DNA of 64,000 nt from NCBI RefSeq assembly GCF_004010195.1, contig NC_057718.1, positions 40,461,273-40,525,272 on the forward strand. The letters run 5' to 3'. The translations under genes and the position numbers were made by a program. Below, piece by piece: positions 61,306 through 64,000 of the stretch; within the stretch, counting starts at the first letter, position 1; every line of letters starts with the position of its first letter. Under the pieces are notes generated by a model that did not search any database, was not told the origin of the DNA, and saw only the letters and a list, made by a program, of their open reading frames with translations. Source of the stretch: Chiloscyllium plagiosum (lineage: Eukaryota).

Positions 61306-61974
61306 TCACATTTGAAGACTTTTAATATAACAGATTAAAACACAATTAGCACTGTTCTTATAGGTAACGTGTATTACATTTATATTGAACAGAACTCTCC
61401 CCTTTTATTTTTAACACAGCCATGAAACCCATTCACACACCCATTCACAGTGCTGGCCTTTAAATTAAAAACCATGAAAGTACAGAGAAAATGGAGTTTC
61501 TCAGAGTATAGTACAAGTTATTTTTAAAAGGATATAATGCTTGATGATGTAATGTGTTATTTGGTTGACATCCATGGTGTAAGATTTTAGTATTATGGTG
61601 TTGGGTTAATGCTTCAATTTGTGATCTGAGAAAATGGTTCATTTAAAAACCATTGTGTTTGAGCCCCTGTTTTGACGAGGTCCAAATTTTGCCTGTGGAA
61701 CAGGAGTGCAGAGATAGGACATTTCCCAGCCCTGCAGACCTGACCCATAAGATTGGACTTTCTTTTTCTGGGTTGGCAGTATTTTGTTCTTGGTGAGTCA
61801 CCTGAGCCCAGAGTGAGAATGGAGGCTGCTGGCTGTGGACATGGACTGGCTACAAGGAAATGGCACTACTGTAAGTTAATGAAAGAAGAATAACACCAAA
61901 AACATTGCTCCAACCTTCACTTTCAATGCCCTGCTCATCATACTCTCCCCATGTCCCATCCATGCTAACTTAAT

Positions 61975-62155
61975 GCTGGATTGTTAAGTCGATTCAAGAC
62001 TAAGATAGGCAGATTTTGAATCAGTAAGGGAATCAAGGATTATGAGGAGAAAACAGGAAAGTACAGTTGGAGATGATCAGATCTGCCATGACTTCATTGA
62101 ATGGAGGAGCGACTTGATGGGCTGAATGGCCTAATTTTGATCCTACGTCTTATGG
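61975..62155 (+). mobile_element. CR1 3' tail
   Basis: gggctgaatggcct...cctacgtcttatgg. Confidence 0.75.
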
Positions 62156-63579
62156 TCCATGCTCCTCTCTGCATCCCCTAGAATCCCTTATGTTCCCTGT
62201 GCCTCCCAATACTCCTGTCCCCACCCATCTGGCTCTTTACTGATCCTACAGCAACTCATTATAACCCATGCCACTCACACAAGCTCCTTGTCCCTTCCAA
62301 CTACCATGATAACCCTACTATCTGCAATGGGCAAACCTCAGTTGGCATGATATGAAATTAAGTAATTTGTCTATTGATGATGTTATTATTTAAGGAAACG
62401 CAATCCCTGATTATAAAGAAGACGTAATGCATTGACATTTCCTCAACTATGACGATAAGCATTTCTTTTTGAAGTTGTTTGACAGATTTGGTAGTTTTTT
62501 TGACATCTTTGGCAATTCTTTCATTGGTTGATGGTTTTTCTGACAGTTTTGATTATTCCAATAGGTTCATGTAGCTTTTACATAAATGTGTGTATACTTC
62601 TAACAATTCCAAAGTTCACTTGACCCTGCAAAGTGTATTTGACCTTGCCCTGCCCAAGGGCACCTGATATCCCTCATGAATCATGTGGAACCATATGCAA
62701 AGAAGTACCTCTGCTCTCAAAGGTGTACTCTGATTGCTTAAAATAACGTCATTGTAACTGCCTTACTCCGATCTGGTCTGCTTTGTCAACTCTGGGTTTC
62801 AACTAGAGGAGATGCCAAAATATGATTTAACTGAAGACAACAGATCAATTACATCCATCATTGGTGGATAGTGATCTTAGTGATCAAGCCTTCTACATTC
62901 ATGTTTAGAAACCATGCATTGGTGATGCCTGAGCTATCACCAAAGACACCCCAATGAAAATCAGAATTGATGCATTTGAGGATGGGACTTTAGATTTTCA
63001 TTGTGATGGAGAGGGGCTTACTTATGCTGAAAATGTGGTTGTTTGCTCTTGAGCAATTTTCTGTTAAATTGTAACATATCCTTTTATAACATGCACTAGA
63101 ACTTGCTGGCAGCAATGCTTATTTGGTTGTTAACATCACAGCCCTTATGCACTTTTCCTGTTCTGCACCATTTTAATTGATGGATTTATTACTGTTTTGC
63201 AGATGTTCGTTCATACATGCATATCCTAACTAAAAGACTGAAGTTGTTTTCTGATGATATCTCATGTACTTCTGCTGTATTTTGATTTGATTTTGCAGAT
63301 GGTCCATCTCCCCTTAGGTCAGCCAACACATTCCAGCTGGATTGGTGCCTGAGGGACACTAAAGTTGTATGAGATGGGGCTTTCAACTGGAGTTCACTGG
63401 GTTATAGGACCGTTTCCTGTCAGGATTGCAAAGCAAGCTTTCAGCTTCCAGGTTGTCAACTTCTACACTTTTGCTGCTGTGCAAGATTTTGCTGCTTGTG
63501 TTTCTTCTTCTGGGAGTCATTCTTAGTTCTTTCCTTTTGAGGGAAGAAGACTTTGATGAGGAGAAGACACAGCCTCAGT

Positions 63580-64000
63580 AATCACCAGAGAACATCTCCG
63601 GGACACCCGCATCAACCAACTCCACTGCCCCATGGCCAAACACTTCAGCTCCCCCTCCCACTCCACCAAGGACATGCAGGATATGGGCCTCCTCTATTGA
63701 CAAACCCTAACCACCCAACGCCTGGAGGAAGAACGCCTTATCTTCTGCCTTAGGACCCTCCAACCACATGAGATGAATGTGGATTTCACCAGTTTCCTCA
63801 TTTCCCCTCCCCCACCTTATCCCAAATCCAACCTTGCAACTCAGCACCACCCTCATGACCTGTCCACCTGTCCATCTTCCTTCCCACCGATCTGGTCCAA
63901 CCTCCCCTCCAACCTATTACCATTACTCCCACCTTTATCCACCTATCGCACCCTCAGCTACCTTCCCCCCAGCCCCACTCCATCCCATTTATCTCTCCAA
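63580..64000 (+). mobile_element. PLE endonuclease C-terminus/UTR, running off the window
   Basis: RLEEERLIFCLRTLQP. Confidence 0.85.

Noticed and set aside
62700..63530. Possible DNA-transposon or gene remnant
   Set aside because: Too degraded; no motif could be assigned.

Overview
Repeat-saturated vertebrate genomic DNA. HE1-like V-SINEs, HER1/CR1 LINEs and Deu-domain SINEs point to a cartilaginous fish (shark); this is an inference. No complete host gene is present; at most a few unidentified candidate exons (best: minus strand 17920-18112, possibly splicing to 8272-8398). Most predicted ORFs are fragments of CR1, L2, L1, RTE, Rex1, Gypsy and Penelope-like (PLE) elements. The main signal is a PLE system built around a minimal hammerhead ribozyme (CUGANGA-stem II-GAAAC-GUH), seen about a dozen times. 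It occurs (i) at the 3' ends of RT/GIY-YIG PLEs, (ii) as ~90-135 nt ribozyme-only insertions with 13-23 bp target-site duplications (TSDs) that begin at or within a few nt of the ribozyme core, (iii) as head-to-head inverted insertions whose inverted arm always lacks the ~30-35 nt tail, (iv) as an insertion whose two inverted ribozyme arms enclose a captured, tail-less CR1 fragment inside one perfect 15-bp TSD (32756-33627), and (v) as a 48-nt ribozyme-less terminal-repeat fragment between a perfect 70-bp genomic duplication. Family names come from motif recognition, not database searches. Boundaries without a TSD are approximate.
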